NCBI GenBank assembly: GCA_036351155.1
Contig: JAZBOO010000340.1
Coordinates: 1-21,010 of the forward strand
Direction: 5' to 3'
Origin: Candidatus Krumholzibacteriia bacterium
GTDB lineage: Bacteria > Krumholzibacteriota > Krumholzibacteriia > LZORAL124-64-63
Length of the DNA: 21,010 nucleotides
How positions within the stretch are numbered: the first letter of the stretch is position 1; each line of letters begins with the position of its first letter. A program made the translations under genes and the position numbers. Shown piece by piece: positions 1 to 7,306 of the stretch. The notes below the pieces were generated by a model. It was not told where the DNA came from and searched no databases. It was given only the letters and a program-made list of their open reading frames with translations.

Positions 1-2
1 AT

Positions 3-260
3 GCCTGCTCGCATTCTTACGTCCCGAAAAGTCGAACGGAAGTGCACCAGACGCTCGTCGACAAGTTCCAGGCAGAACGAGCGCGGGGCCTGACCATCTG
101 GTTTGGGACCTCTCACTACCGCACCGACCTGGCCGACACCAAGGACGTCCAGCTTTTCCGCGAGGCCATGGAACAGCTCCAGTCTGGAAAAGATTTGACA
201 GAAAAGCAGGCCAGGACGGCAGCTGGACTCCGGGGCGTCCAGTTCGATGCCAGGAAGTAA
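3..260 (+). CDS. 3' end of a hypothetical protein (5' end outside the window)
   Basis: The frame of ORF 42..260 is open back to position 3 (ACSHSYVPKSRTEVHQTLVDKF...FDARK, TAA 258-260), with GC3-rich codons. No motif recognised. Confidence 0.55.
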   Translation, partial: ACSHSYVPKSRTEVHQTLVDKFQAERARGLTIWFGTSHYRTDLADTKDVQLFREAMEQLQSGKDLTEKQARTAAGLRGVQFDARK

Positions 261-266
261 GTCCGC

Positions 267-854
267 CTACCGACTCAAGCAAGCACTCCCGGCATCACAA
301 AACCGGTACGGCCAATCCACGGCCTTGCGGATCCCGATGCGCGGCGAGGCCACCACCTCGACCGACGTTTCCCTTCGCGGCGCCACCCACAAGCGGTTCG
401 GCGCACTGCCATCAAGGGCCGCTCCATTCCACTTCTGATCAATCCCCAGCGCCTGGCAGAGCTTGCCCGGCCCACTGCACAGATCGCGGTCCCGGAAGCG
501 GGCGGTGTCCAGCCCACGCCGCTCAGCCATGACCTGTTGCCCGCGCACCGGTTCCAGAGCGCGAATCAGAACAGCCCCGGCCTTCCCCTCCGGCCCCGTC
601 ACAAAATTCAGGCAATGGTGCACCCCGTAGATGAAGTAGACGTAGGCCACGCCGGGAGGACCGAACATGATGGCGCTGCGGGGGGTCGGCCCGCGAGCCG
701 CGTGGGAGGCGGGGTCATCTTCCCCGAGATAGGCTTCGGTCTCGACGATGCGCCCTACCAGTTCTCCGCCCTCCGACTGCACATGCACCCGTGCCCCGAT
801 CAGCTCCCGGGCCACCGCCACCGTGTCCTGTGCAAAAAACTCGCGATATAGCAC
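267..854 (-). CDS. mpg: DNA-3-methyladenine glycosylase (MPG/AAG family)
   Basis: Family motifs GRIVETEAY (catalytic Glu), DPASHA, AYVYFIYGVHHCLN, AVLIRALEP, GPGKLCQALGI, PRIGI. GTG start with AGGA upstream. Confidence 0.95.
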   Translation of the reverse strand: MLYREFFAQDTVAVARELIGARVHVQSEGGELVGRIVETEAYLGEDDPASHAARGPTPRSAIMFGPPGVAYVYFIYGVHHCLNFVTGPEGKAGAVLIRALEPVRGQQVMAERRGLDTARFRDRDLCSGPGKLCQALGIDQKWNGAALDGSAPNRLWVAPRRETSVEVVASPRIGIRKAVDWPYRFCDAGSACLSR

Positions 855-880
855 CGACGTTCCTAACTATGCACAGCCGT

Positions 881-990
881 AAATCGACAAATAGACTACC
901 CGCATGAAGGCATCGCGCGGCGATTCCGCAGGGCTTTGACGAGGACCTAGCCGCGCGATGCCTTCATGCGGGTAGCCTATTTGTCGATTT
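881..990. repeat. 41-bp inverted repeat (40/41 matches) with a 28-nt spacer; long hairpin
   Basis: 881-921 AAATCGACAAATAGACTACCCGCATGAAGGCATCGCGCGGC is the reverse complement of 950-990 except at the pair 895/976. The right arm includes the permease stop codon (977-979). Confidence 0.95.
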
Positions 991-1840
991 CCTTCTGACG
1001 TAACAACCAGATCCCCACCGCCGTGGTCACCAGCGTGACCGCCACCAGCACCGCCACCGACTGGGCTTCCGGCACCGGCGAGCGCTTGACCGCGGCGGTG
1101 AGCAGGGCCTCGAGCATGCCGGGCAGATCGTCGGGTGGCGCTTCGGTTTGCGGCAAAAGGTTGGTCAAGTGGAAGCGCAGGGTCAGCTCCTGAACCCGGG
1201 CCGGCACCTTGCTCACACCCTCCCACATGAAGGCGAACAGGATGGCCGGCAGGATGGGCTTCTTCAGGAAAGTGCCCATGGCGGCAAACAGGGCCACGTA
1301 GGCAAACACTCCCAGGAAGATCACCAGGAAGGTGAAGAAATACAGCTTCAAGAAGTCCCAGGTGATCACGCCGGGGCCGCTGCTGACCATGATCAGGAAA
1401 CACAGGATCAGCGATCCGGCCAGCAGCAAGGTGGCCACCGACTGGGCGGCCAGCAAACGTCCCAGATAGATGGCACGGCGACGCACAGGGCGGGTCCAGG
1501 GATAGACGATGGTCCCGTCTTCCACCTGTTCGCCGATGGCCGACACGCCCACGAAAATGGCCACGATGGGGATCAGGAAAGGCACGAAGACCTCGTGGGT
1601 CAACGCGGACAGCTGCAGCTGGGCCGTGCCGCCCTGGTCGGGATACCAGATCCGGACGATCAGCACCACCACCACCGGCAGCAAGTTGATGGCTGCCAGG
1701 GAGAGCAGGCGCCGCCGGCGCGACATTTCCCGCAGGCTGAACCAGGCGATCCACAGGACCGCCGACAGGCTGGACAGCGGCGACACGTTGCCCGAAGGGG
1801 TGCCCACCGCCGACATGGTGTTCTGATTGGCTTCACTCAT
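977..1840 (-). CDS. ABC transporter permease (ABC-2/exporter type)
   Basis: About six hydrophobic segments and a GEQVEDGTIVYPWTRPVRR motif (E-x-E-x-G-T...P type of ABC-2 permeases). Last gene of the ABC cluster. Confidence 0.88.
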   Translation of the reverse strand: MSEANQNTMSAVGTPSGNVSPLSSLSAVLWIAWFSLREMSRRRRLLSLAAINLLPVVVVLIVRIWYPDQGGTAQLQLSALTHEVFVPFLIPIVAIFVGVSAIGEQVEDGTIVYPWTRPVRRRAIYLGRLLAAQSVATLLLAGSLILCFLIMVSSGPGVITWDFLKLYFFTFLVIFLGVFAYVALFAAMGTFLKKPILPAILFAFMWEGVSKVPARVQELTLRFHLTNLLPQTEAPPDDLPGMLEALLTAAVKRSPVPEAQSVAVLVAVTLVTTAVGIWLLRQKEIDK

Positions 1841-1859
1841 TTATTCGTCCAGCTCCCCG

Positions 1860-2810
1860 CTAGGGTTGGGTCAGGTAATCGAACACGGCTTCCAGGCTGT
1901 CGTCCAGGGTCAGGATTTCCTCCACAGCCAGCCCGTTGTCCAGCAGCCAGACCGGCAAGGTCCGGTAGAAGTTGATGGCGTGGTCGGTCTTCACGATCAC
2001 CCGCTCATCGGGGTCCAGCCCCACGCTCACCACGTGGTCCTGGCCGATCAGGAATCCGGCCAGGTGACGGGGGTCATCGGAGACCAGCGCCACGGTGGTG
2101 GGATGCTCCGGGATCTTGTCCCTGATCTCGGTGACGCTGCCCTCGGCCAGCACCCGACCGCGGTCGATCAGGATGATCTGACTGGTCATGCTCTCGACTT
2201 CAGGCAGGATGTGGCTGGATACCAGGACGGTGCGGCCGGCCTCGCCCAGTTCGCGCACCAGGTCGATGGACTGCTTGCGCGACACGGGGTCCATGCCGTT
2301 GAGGGGCTCGTCCAGGAAGATCACTTCCGGATCATGCGCCAGGGCCTGGGCCAGCTTCATCTTCTGCCGCATTCCCTTGGAGTAGCCACCCAGGCGGCGA
2401 CCGGCGGCGTCGGTCAGCTCAAATCGTTCCAGCCAGTAGGCCACCCGGCGCTCCACCTCGGCCTTGTCGAAGCCCATCAGGCGCAGCTGCAGGCTCAGGA
2501 ATTCCCGGCCGGTCATCCATTCGGGCAGCACCTCGTTCTCGGGGCAGAATCCCACCTTGCGGTACCACCCCACCTCGTCCCGCAGACGGCGGCCGAACAC
2601 CCGGACTTCGCCCTGGTTGGGCTCGGTCAGGCCGGCCAGCATCTTGAACAGGGTGCTCTTGCCGGCCCCGTTGCTCCCCAGCAAGCCCACCACACCGGCC
2701 CCCACGCTGAGCGAGCAGTTGTTGACCGCGATGACCTCGCCGAACCACTTGCCCACCCGGTCGGCGGTGATGCGGGCCTGGCTGTTTTCCACTCCGGCGC
2801 CCATGATCAT
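1860..2810 (-). CDS. ABC transporter ATP-binding protein
   Basis: Walker A GSNGAGKST, signature YSKGMRQK, Walker B IFLDEP, H-loop SSHIL. Start placed at ATG 2810, which overlaps the upstream permease stop (ATGA), rather than at 2897. Confidence 0.93.
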   Translation of the reverse strand: MIMGAGVENSQARITADRVGKWFGEVIAVNNCSLSVGAGVVGLLGSNGAGKSTLFKMLAGLTEPNQGEVRVFGRRLRDEVGWYRKVGFCPENEVLPEWMTGREFLSLQLRLMGFDKAEVERRVAYWLERFELTDAAGRRLGGYSKGMRQKMKLAQALAHDPEVIFLDEPLNGMDPVSRKQSIDLVRELGEAGRTVLVSSHILPEVESMTSQIILIDRGRVLAEGSVTEIRDKIPEHPTTVALVSDDPRHLAGFLIGQDHVVSVGLDPDERVIVKTDHAINFYRTLPVWLLDNGLAVEEILTLDDSLEAVFDYLTQP

Positions 2811-3661
2811 GAGACCACCTCCACCGGGCGGATGCGCTTGCGCAGAATCGCCACCGCCCCGCCGACCATGGCCAGCACGATGAGCAGACTGATCCAACCC
2901 GGAACGGCCAGACGATCACCCGTCGAGAACAGGGCCGCGCCCGCGTTGTGGAAGTTGCCCAGGAAATTGACCGCCTGCAGACTGGTGCTGTTGATGCCCT
3001 TGGCAATGTTGCCCAGCGCTTCGGTTCCCATGACCATGATGGTCCACCAGACCATGACGAACAGCGATCGGGTACCCATGCTGCTGAAGGCCAGCAGGAT
3101 CAGGCTGAGCCCCACCCCGCTGAGCACACAGTAAACAGTGACCCGCAAGGGGGTCAGGATCAGTAACTCCATCCCCGTGGCCGAGGGCGCGATGAAGTAG
3201 GAGAACAGGCACAGTGCGTAAACCGGAAACAGAGTCACCATGAAGTAGTAGAACAGGATGATGGCCCCCTTGCCCCCGATATATGATCGCAGGCCCAGAG
3301 GGCGAGAGAAATACAGGGACAGCCCGTTGTCCCGGCGGTCGGTGGCGATCAACCCGGCTCCCACCACCGCCAGCACCACGAAAACGGACCAGCGCTGCTG
3401 TTCCAGGTACACCAGAAAACCCTGGGGATCGATGCTGCCCCAGCCGCCGCTGAAGGCGTCGATGAGATCCCCGGCTTTCAGCTTGCCCCAGATGACCACG
3501 GCCTTGATCACCGTGGGAATCCAGGCGGCCACCAGCAGCATGATCATCCAGCGACTCTTGAACGGCTGGGCAATTCCTCGCTTGGCAATGATCCACCAGG
3601 CGGGCCAGGACTTGCGATTGGAGGGCTCCCAGTGGGTATATCCTCGTTCATAAACCGGCAT
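2807..3661 (-). CDS. ABC transporter permease (ABC-2/exporter type)
   Basis: Multi-TM protein with an IATDRRDNGLSLYFSRP motif, located between two ABC ATPases with tight spacing (3-nt gap and ATGA overlap). Confidence 0.88.
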   Translation of the reverse strand: MPVYERGYTHWEPSNRKSWPAWWIIAKRGIAQPFKSRWMIMLLVAAWIPTVIKAVVIWGKLKAGDLIDAFSGGWGSIDPQGFLVYLEQQRWSVFVVLAVVGAGLIATDRRDNGLSLYFSRPLGLRSYIGGKGAIILFYYFMVTLFPVYALCLFSYFIAPSATGMELLILTPLRVTVYCVLSGVGLSLILLAFSSMGTRSLFVMVWWTIMVMGTEALGNIAKGINSTSLQAVNFLGNFHNAGAALFSTGDRLAVPGWISLLIVLAMVGGAVAILRKRIRPVEVVS

Positions 3662-3664
3662 GGG

Positions 3665-4663
3665 TCAGACCTCCACCATCTTGTAGAATTCTTCGGCCAG
3701 AGAAACAGGCCGGCGCCTGACCCGGCGCAGGGCGAAATCGTGGGCCACGGCCACCTTCAGGATCGCTTCGACCCCCACCTTGGCCGCGAACGGCTCGGGG
3801 CCATCATCGGCCACCGCAGAGGTGGGTTTGAGTCCTGCCAGGTTCAGGGTGACCATCATGAGGCGCCCTTCGAGGGTCACGTTCTCGCTGATGGCTTCCA
3901 GGCCCGCGCGGAAGGCTTCCTCGTTGCCGAAACCCTCCACCTCGAACACCTGCAGCGGCTCCATACCGCCGGGGTTCACCTTCTCGCGGGCCAGCAGCTC
4001 CCCGTTCTTGAGGACCAGGATTTCCTTGCACACGGCCTCCACGTCGGCCAGCAGGTGGGTCGACAGAATAACGCCCATGTTCTTGTTCCAGGCCAGATCC
4101 CGAATCAGTTCCAGAATGGATACCCGGCCCCGCGGATCCAGGCCGCTGGTGGGTTCGTCCAGGAAAATCCAGTGGGGATCGTGGACCAGGGCCTGGGCCA
4201 GTTTCAGGCGTTGCTTCATGCCCTGGCTGTAGTCGTCGCACTTGCGGTAGCGTTCGTCGGCCAGCCCCACGAAATGCAGGACCTCGTGGGCGCGCTGCAT
4301 GGCGTCCCGCGAGGGCATGCCCGAGAGCTCACCCAGGTAGGCCACCAGGCCCACCCCGCTCATGCCGGGGATGATGCCGCCGCGCTCGGGCATCCAGCCC
4401 AGGCCGGCGCGCGCCAGCCGGGCGGCCGCAGCCATGTCGTGGCCCAGAACCTGGACCTGGCCCTTCTCCAGGGGGACCTGCCCGAGCAGGCACCGCAGCA
4501 AGGTCGTCTTGCCGGAGCCATTGGGGCCCAGCAAGCCCACGGCACTGGTCTCGAGGGTGAAATCCACACCCTTGAGCACCGGGTCGCGAAGGTAAGCGAA
4601 GTTTAAATTCGAAACCTTGATACTGGTATCGGAACGGTTGACTTTGATGGCGAGCCCTTCCAT
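3665..4663 (-). CDS. ABC transporter ATP-binding protein
   Basis: Walker A GPNGSGKTT, signature YSQGMKQR, Walker B IFLDEP, H-loop STHLL. Start placed at ATG 4663 because the 4939 start would overlap metK. Exact start uncertain. Confidence 0.92.
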   Translation of the reverse strand: MEGLAIKVNRSDTSIKVSNLNFAYLRDPVLKGVDFTLETSAVGLLGPNGSGKTTLLRCLLGQVPLEKGQVQVLGHDMAAAARLARAGLGWMPERGGIIPGMSGVGLVAYLGELSGMPSRDAMQRAHEVLHFVGLADERYRKCDDYSQGMKQRLKLAQALVHDPHWIFLDEPTSGLDPRGRVSILELIRDLAWNKNMGVILSTHLLADVEAVCKEILVLKNGELLAREKVNPGGMEPLQVFEVEGFGNEEAFRAGLEAISENVTLEGRLMMVTLNLAGLKPTSAVADDGPEPFAAKVGVEAILKVAVAHDFALRRVRRRPVSLAEEFYKMVEV

Positions 4664-4681
4664 GTTGGAGTCCGGGAATTG

Positions 4682-4697
4682 ATCCGTCTTGACGGAT
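4682..4697. promoter_or_regulatory. Palindrome ATCCGTC-TT-GACGGAT, candidate operator in the ABC/metK divergent region
   Basis: Perfect 7-bp arms with a 2-nt spacer (too short for a stable RNA loop), in non-coding DNA. Function is inferred. Confidence 0.45.
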
Positions 4698-4844
4698 ATC
4701 TCCCCAGTTTGTTTCAAAGCCGCTGCAGTTTCATGTGAGATAGGTCCTTCCCGATTGTTCCAGCAATCGGTCCGTTTGGAAACATTTTTCCGGCCAGACC
4801 CGCCTCGCGACCTTTCCGGGGCCGGTTGTGCCCTGGAGGGAACG

Positions 4845-6047
4845 ATGCCCCGCACCTGGATCCAGACCGCCGAATCCGTCACGCCCGGCCATGCCGACAA
4901 GATCTGCGACCTGATCGGCGATGCCATTCTCGACGCCATCCTGCAGCAGGATCGCTACGCCCGGGTGTCCTGCGAGGTCATGGTCACCACCGGCATGGTG
5001 GTGGTCACCGGGCAGATCACCACCAAGTGCTACGTGGACATCACCGCCATCGTGCGGCAAACCATTTGCCAGGTGGGCTACAACGACCCCGTGACCGGCT
5101 TCGACCACAACAGCTGCGCCGTGGTGGTCATGCTGGAAGAGCAGTCCGGCGACGTCAGCCTGGGCGTCGACCGCAAGGGCGCCGGCGACCAGGGCATCTG
5201 CGTGGGCTACGCCACAGATGAGGGAGACATCCTTCCGGTGGACATGGCCTCCATGCCTGTGCCTGCCTTCCTGGCCAACCGCCTGGCCGAGAAACTGACC
5301 GCCGTCCGCGAAGCCGGCAAGCTACCCTACCTTTATCCAGACGGCAAAGTGCAGGTTTCGGTTCGGTATCAAGATGACAAACCCGTGGGGCTGTCCCACG
5401 TGGTGGTTTCGGCCCATCACCACGCCGATGCCGACCTGGCTCAGCTGCGCCGCGACCTGAAACGCCTGATCATCAAACCTGTTCTGGGACCCACCGGTCT
5501 GCTGGCCAAGGACACCCAGCTGATGATCAACCCCGTGGGGACTTTTGCCGAAGGCGGTCCCCGCGCCGATTCGGGCCTGACCGGCCGGAAAATCACCGTG
5601 GACTGCTACGGGCCGGCCTGTGGCCACGGCGGTAGCGCGTTCAGTGGCAAGGATCCCACCAAGCCAGATCGCAGTGGCAGTTACGGGGCTCGCTGGGTGG
5701 CCAAGAACCTGGTGGCCGCTGGGCTGGCCAGGCGTTGTGCTGTGGAGATCGCCTACGTGATCGGGTACAGCGACCCACTGAGCGTCAGCATCAACACCTT
5801 CGGCACCGGCGTGTTGCCCGACCACAAGCTGGCCGAAATTGCCCAGCAGGTCTTTGACCTTTCCCCGGCGGGGATCATCGAGAGTCTGGATCTGCGGCGG
5901 CCCATCTACGCGAAGACGGCCGTCTTTGGACACTTCGGCCGTCCCGACCCTGATTTCACCTGGGAGAGCCTGGACCGGGTCGATGAATTGAAAAAGCATC
6001 TGCCCCGTCCGAAGAAGAAAAAGCCCGCCCCGAAGGGAGCCAAGTGA
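4845..6047 (+). CDS. metK: S-adenosylmethionine synthetase (methionine adenosyltransferase), divergent variant
   Basis: Motifs ESVTPGHADK, GAGDQG, DGK, GLTGRK, AFSGKD, DRS, GHFGR. ATG 4845 is preceded by GGAGG. Several conserved residues are substituted (see findings). Confidence 0.92.
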   Translation: MPRTWIQTAESVTPGHADKICDLIGDAILDAILQQDRYARVSCEVMVTTGMVVVTGQITTKCYVDITAIVRQTICQVGYNDPVTGFDHNSCAVVVMLEEQSGDVSLGVDRKGAGDQGICVGYATDEGDILPVDMASMPVPAFLANRLAEKLTAVREAGKLPYLYPDGKVQVSVRYQDDKPVGLSHVVVSAHHHADADLAQLRRDLKRLIIKPVLGPTGLLAKDTQLMINPVGTFAEGGPRADSGLTGRKITVDCYGPACGHGGSAFSGKDPTKPDRSGSYGARWVAKNLVAAGLARRCAVEIAYVIGYSDPLSVSINTFGTGVLPDHKLAEIAQQVFDLSPAGIIESLDLRRPIYAKTAVFGHFGRPDPDFTWESLDRVDELKKHLPRPKKKKPAPKGAK

Positions 6048-7252
6048 TGGCTGATCAGAACAAGACTCCCGGCTTCGCCACCCTGTGCATCCACGGCAAG
6101 AAGCACCTGGACAAGCACGAGGGCGAGCGCCCCATCCGGGCTGTGAGTACGCCCATTTTCCAGAGCTCGACTTTCGCCTTCGAGAACGTGGCCCACGGCG
6201 CGGCCGTGTTCCGGGGCGAGGACCCCAGCTATGTCTACACCCGGCTGGGCAACCCCACCACGAGCGCCCTGGAAACCGAGCTGGCCTATCTGGAGAACGG
6301 CGAGGCCGCCCTGGTGCTGGCCAGCGGCATGGCAGCGGCCACCACCGCGGTGCTGACCTGCTGTCAGCAGGGTGACCATATCGTCAGCGGCGACACCCTC
6401 TACGGCGGCACCCATCAGCTGTTCACCCAGACCTTGCCCCGTCTGGGCATTTCGGTGACCGAAGTGCCGGCAGAGGATCCGCAGAACTTCGCCAAAGCCA
6501 TCACCGACAAGACCAAGCTGATATACGTGGAAACCCCTGCCAATCCCACTCTGGTGTTGACCGACATCGCCGCTGTGGCCGAGATCGCCCACAGCAAGGG
6601 TATTCCCGTTCTGGTGGATAATACCTTCTGCACACCCTACCTGCAGAATCCTCTGGACCTGGGGGCCGACATCGTCATGCATTCGGCCACCAAGTACATC
6701 GGGGGCCACGGCGACACGGTGGCGGGCGTGCTGGTGGGCAAGCAGGACTGGATCATGCAGGCCAGGATGGAGACTCTGCGCGATGTGGGCGGCTGCATTT
6801 CCCCCTTCAACGCCTGGCTGTTGCTGCGCGGCCTGAAAACCCTGCCCGTGCGCATGGACCGCCACCAGGAAAACGCCATGGAAATTGCTCAGTTCCTGAG
6901 CTACCACCCCAAGGTGGACAGGGTGATCTATCCGGGCCTGAAAACCCACCCCCAGCACAAGCTGGCCGCCCGTCAACAGCGCGGATTCGGCGGCATGATC
7001 AGTTTCATGGTCAAGGGAGGCCGTGATGCCGGCATCACGGTGATGGACAACGTGCAGCTGTGCACCCTGGCCGTCAGCCTGGGCGATGTGGACACCCTGA
7101 TCGAACACCCGGCCAGCATGACCCACAGCACCTACAGCGAGGACGAATTGCTGAAGGTGGGGATCGATCCCGCCATGGTGCGTCTGTCGGTTGGACTGGA
7201 AAATGTGGAGGATATCATTGCCGATCTGCGCTCGGCACTGGCTTTGATCTGA
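6047..7252 (+). CDS. Cys/Met metabolism PLP-dependent enzyme, most like methionine gamma-lyase
   Basis: Motifs YTRLGNPT, ASGMAA, VDNTF, PLP-lysine motif HSATKYIGGHGD, AVSLGD..LIEHPASMTH. ATG 6047 overlaps the metK stop (TGATG) with GGAG 7 nt upstream. Exact specificity (MGL vs cystathionine gamma-lyase/synthase) uncertain. Confidence 0.85.
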   Translation: MADQNKTPGFATLCIHGKKHLDKHEGERPIRAVSTPIFQSSTFAFENVAHGAAVFRGEDPSYVYTRLGNPTTSALETELAYLENGEAALVLASGMAAATTAVLTCCQQGDHIVSGDTLYGGTHQLFTQTLPRLGISVTEVPAEDPQNFAKAITDKTKLIYVETPANPTLVLTDIAAVAEIAHSKGIPVLVDNTFCTPYLQNPLDLGADIVMHSATKYIGGHGDTVAGVLVGKQDWIMQARMETLRDVGGCISPFNAWLLLRGLKTLPVRMDRHQENAMEIAQFLSYHPKVDRVIYPGLKTHPQHKLAARQQRGFGGMISFMVKGGRDAGITVMDNVQLCTLAVSLGDVDTLIEHPASMTHSTYSEDELLKVGIDPAMVRLSVGLENVEDIIADLRSALALI

Positions 7253-7267
7253 TTTTTCCTGAGAGTC

Positions 7268-7299
7268 AAGCCGTCGATCTGCGGGTCGGCGGCTTTTTT
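7268..7299 (+). terminator. Rho-independent terminator of the metK-lyase operon
   Basis: Stem GCCGTCGATC/GGTCGGCGGC (7270-7279/7284-7293) with two G-U wobbles valid on the + transcript, loop TGCG, then T6 (7294-7299); starts 15 nt after the stop. Confidence 0.85.
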
Positions 7300-7306
7300 C
7301 ATGCTT

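Noticed and set aside
881..990. Long inverted repeat as a canonical REP/REPIN or IS end
   Set aside because: The GTAG tetranucleotides are internal and point outward, there is no flanking target duplication, no transposase/RAYT, and no second copy in the window. Kept only as an unexplained hairpin.
867..1754. 295-aa minus-strand ORF overlapping the permease, and + strand ORFs 1148..1975, 1827..3134, 3632..4606
   Set aside because: Alternative-frame or antisense shadows of well-supported ABC genes; typical of high-GC DNA, with no motifs.
4664..4844. SAM riboswitch or MetJ boxes upstream of metK
   Set aside because: No SAM-I core (TTATC..AGAG...GCAACC), no terminator-like expression platform and no tandem AGACGTCT boxes visible. 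An Rfam search would be needed for full exclusion.
4689..4939. N-terminal extensions of metK (from 4689) and the ABC ATPase (from 4939) producing a head-to-head overlap
   Set aside because: Family similarity starts near ATG 4845 (strong GGAGG) and ATG 4663; the extensions are longest-ORF artefacts.
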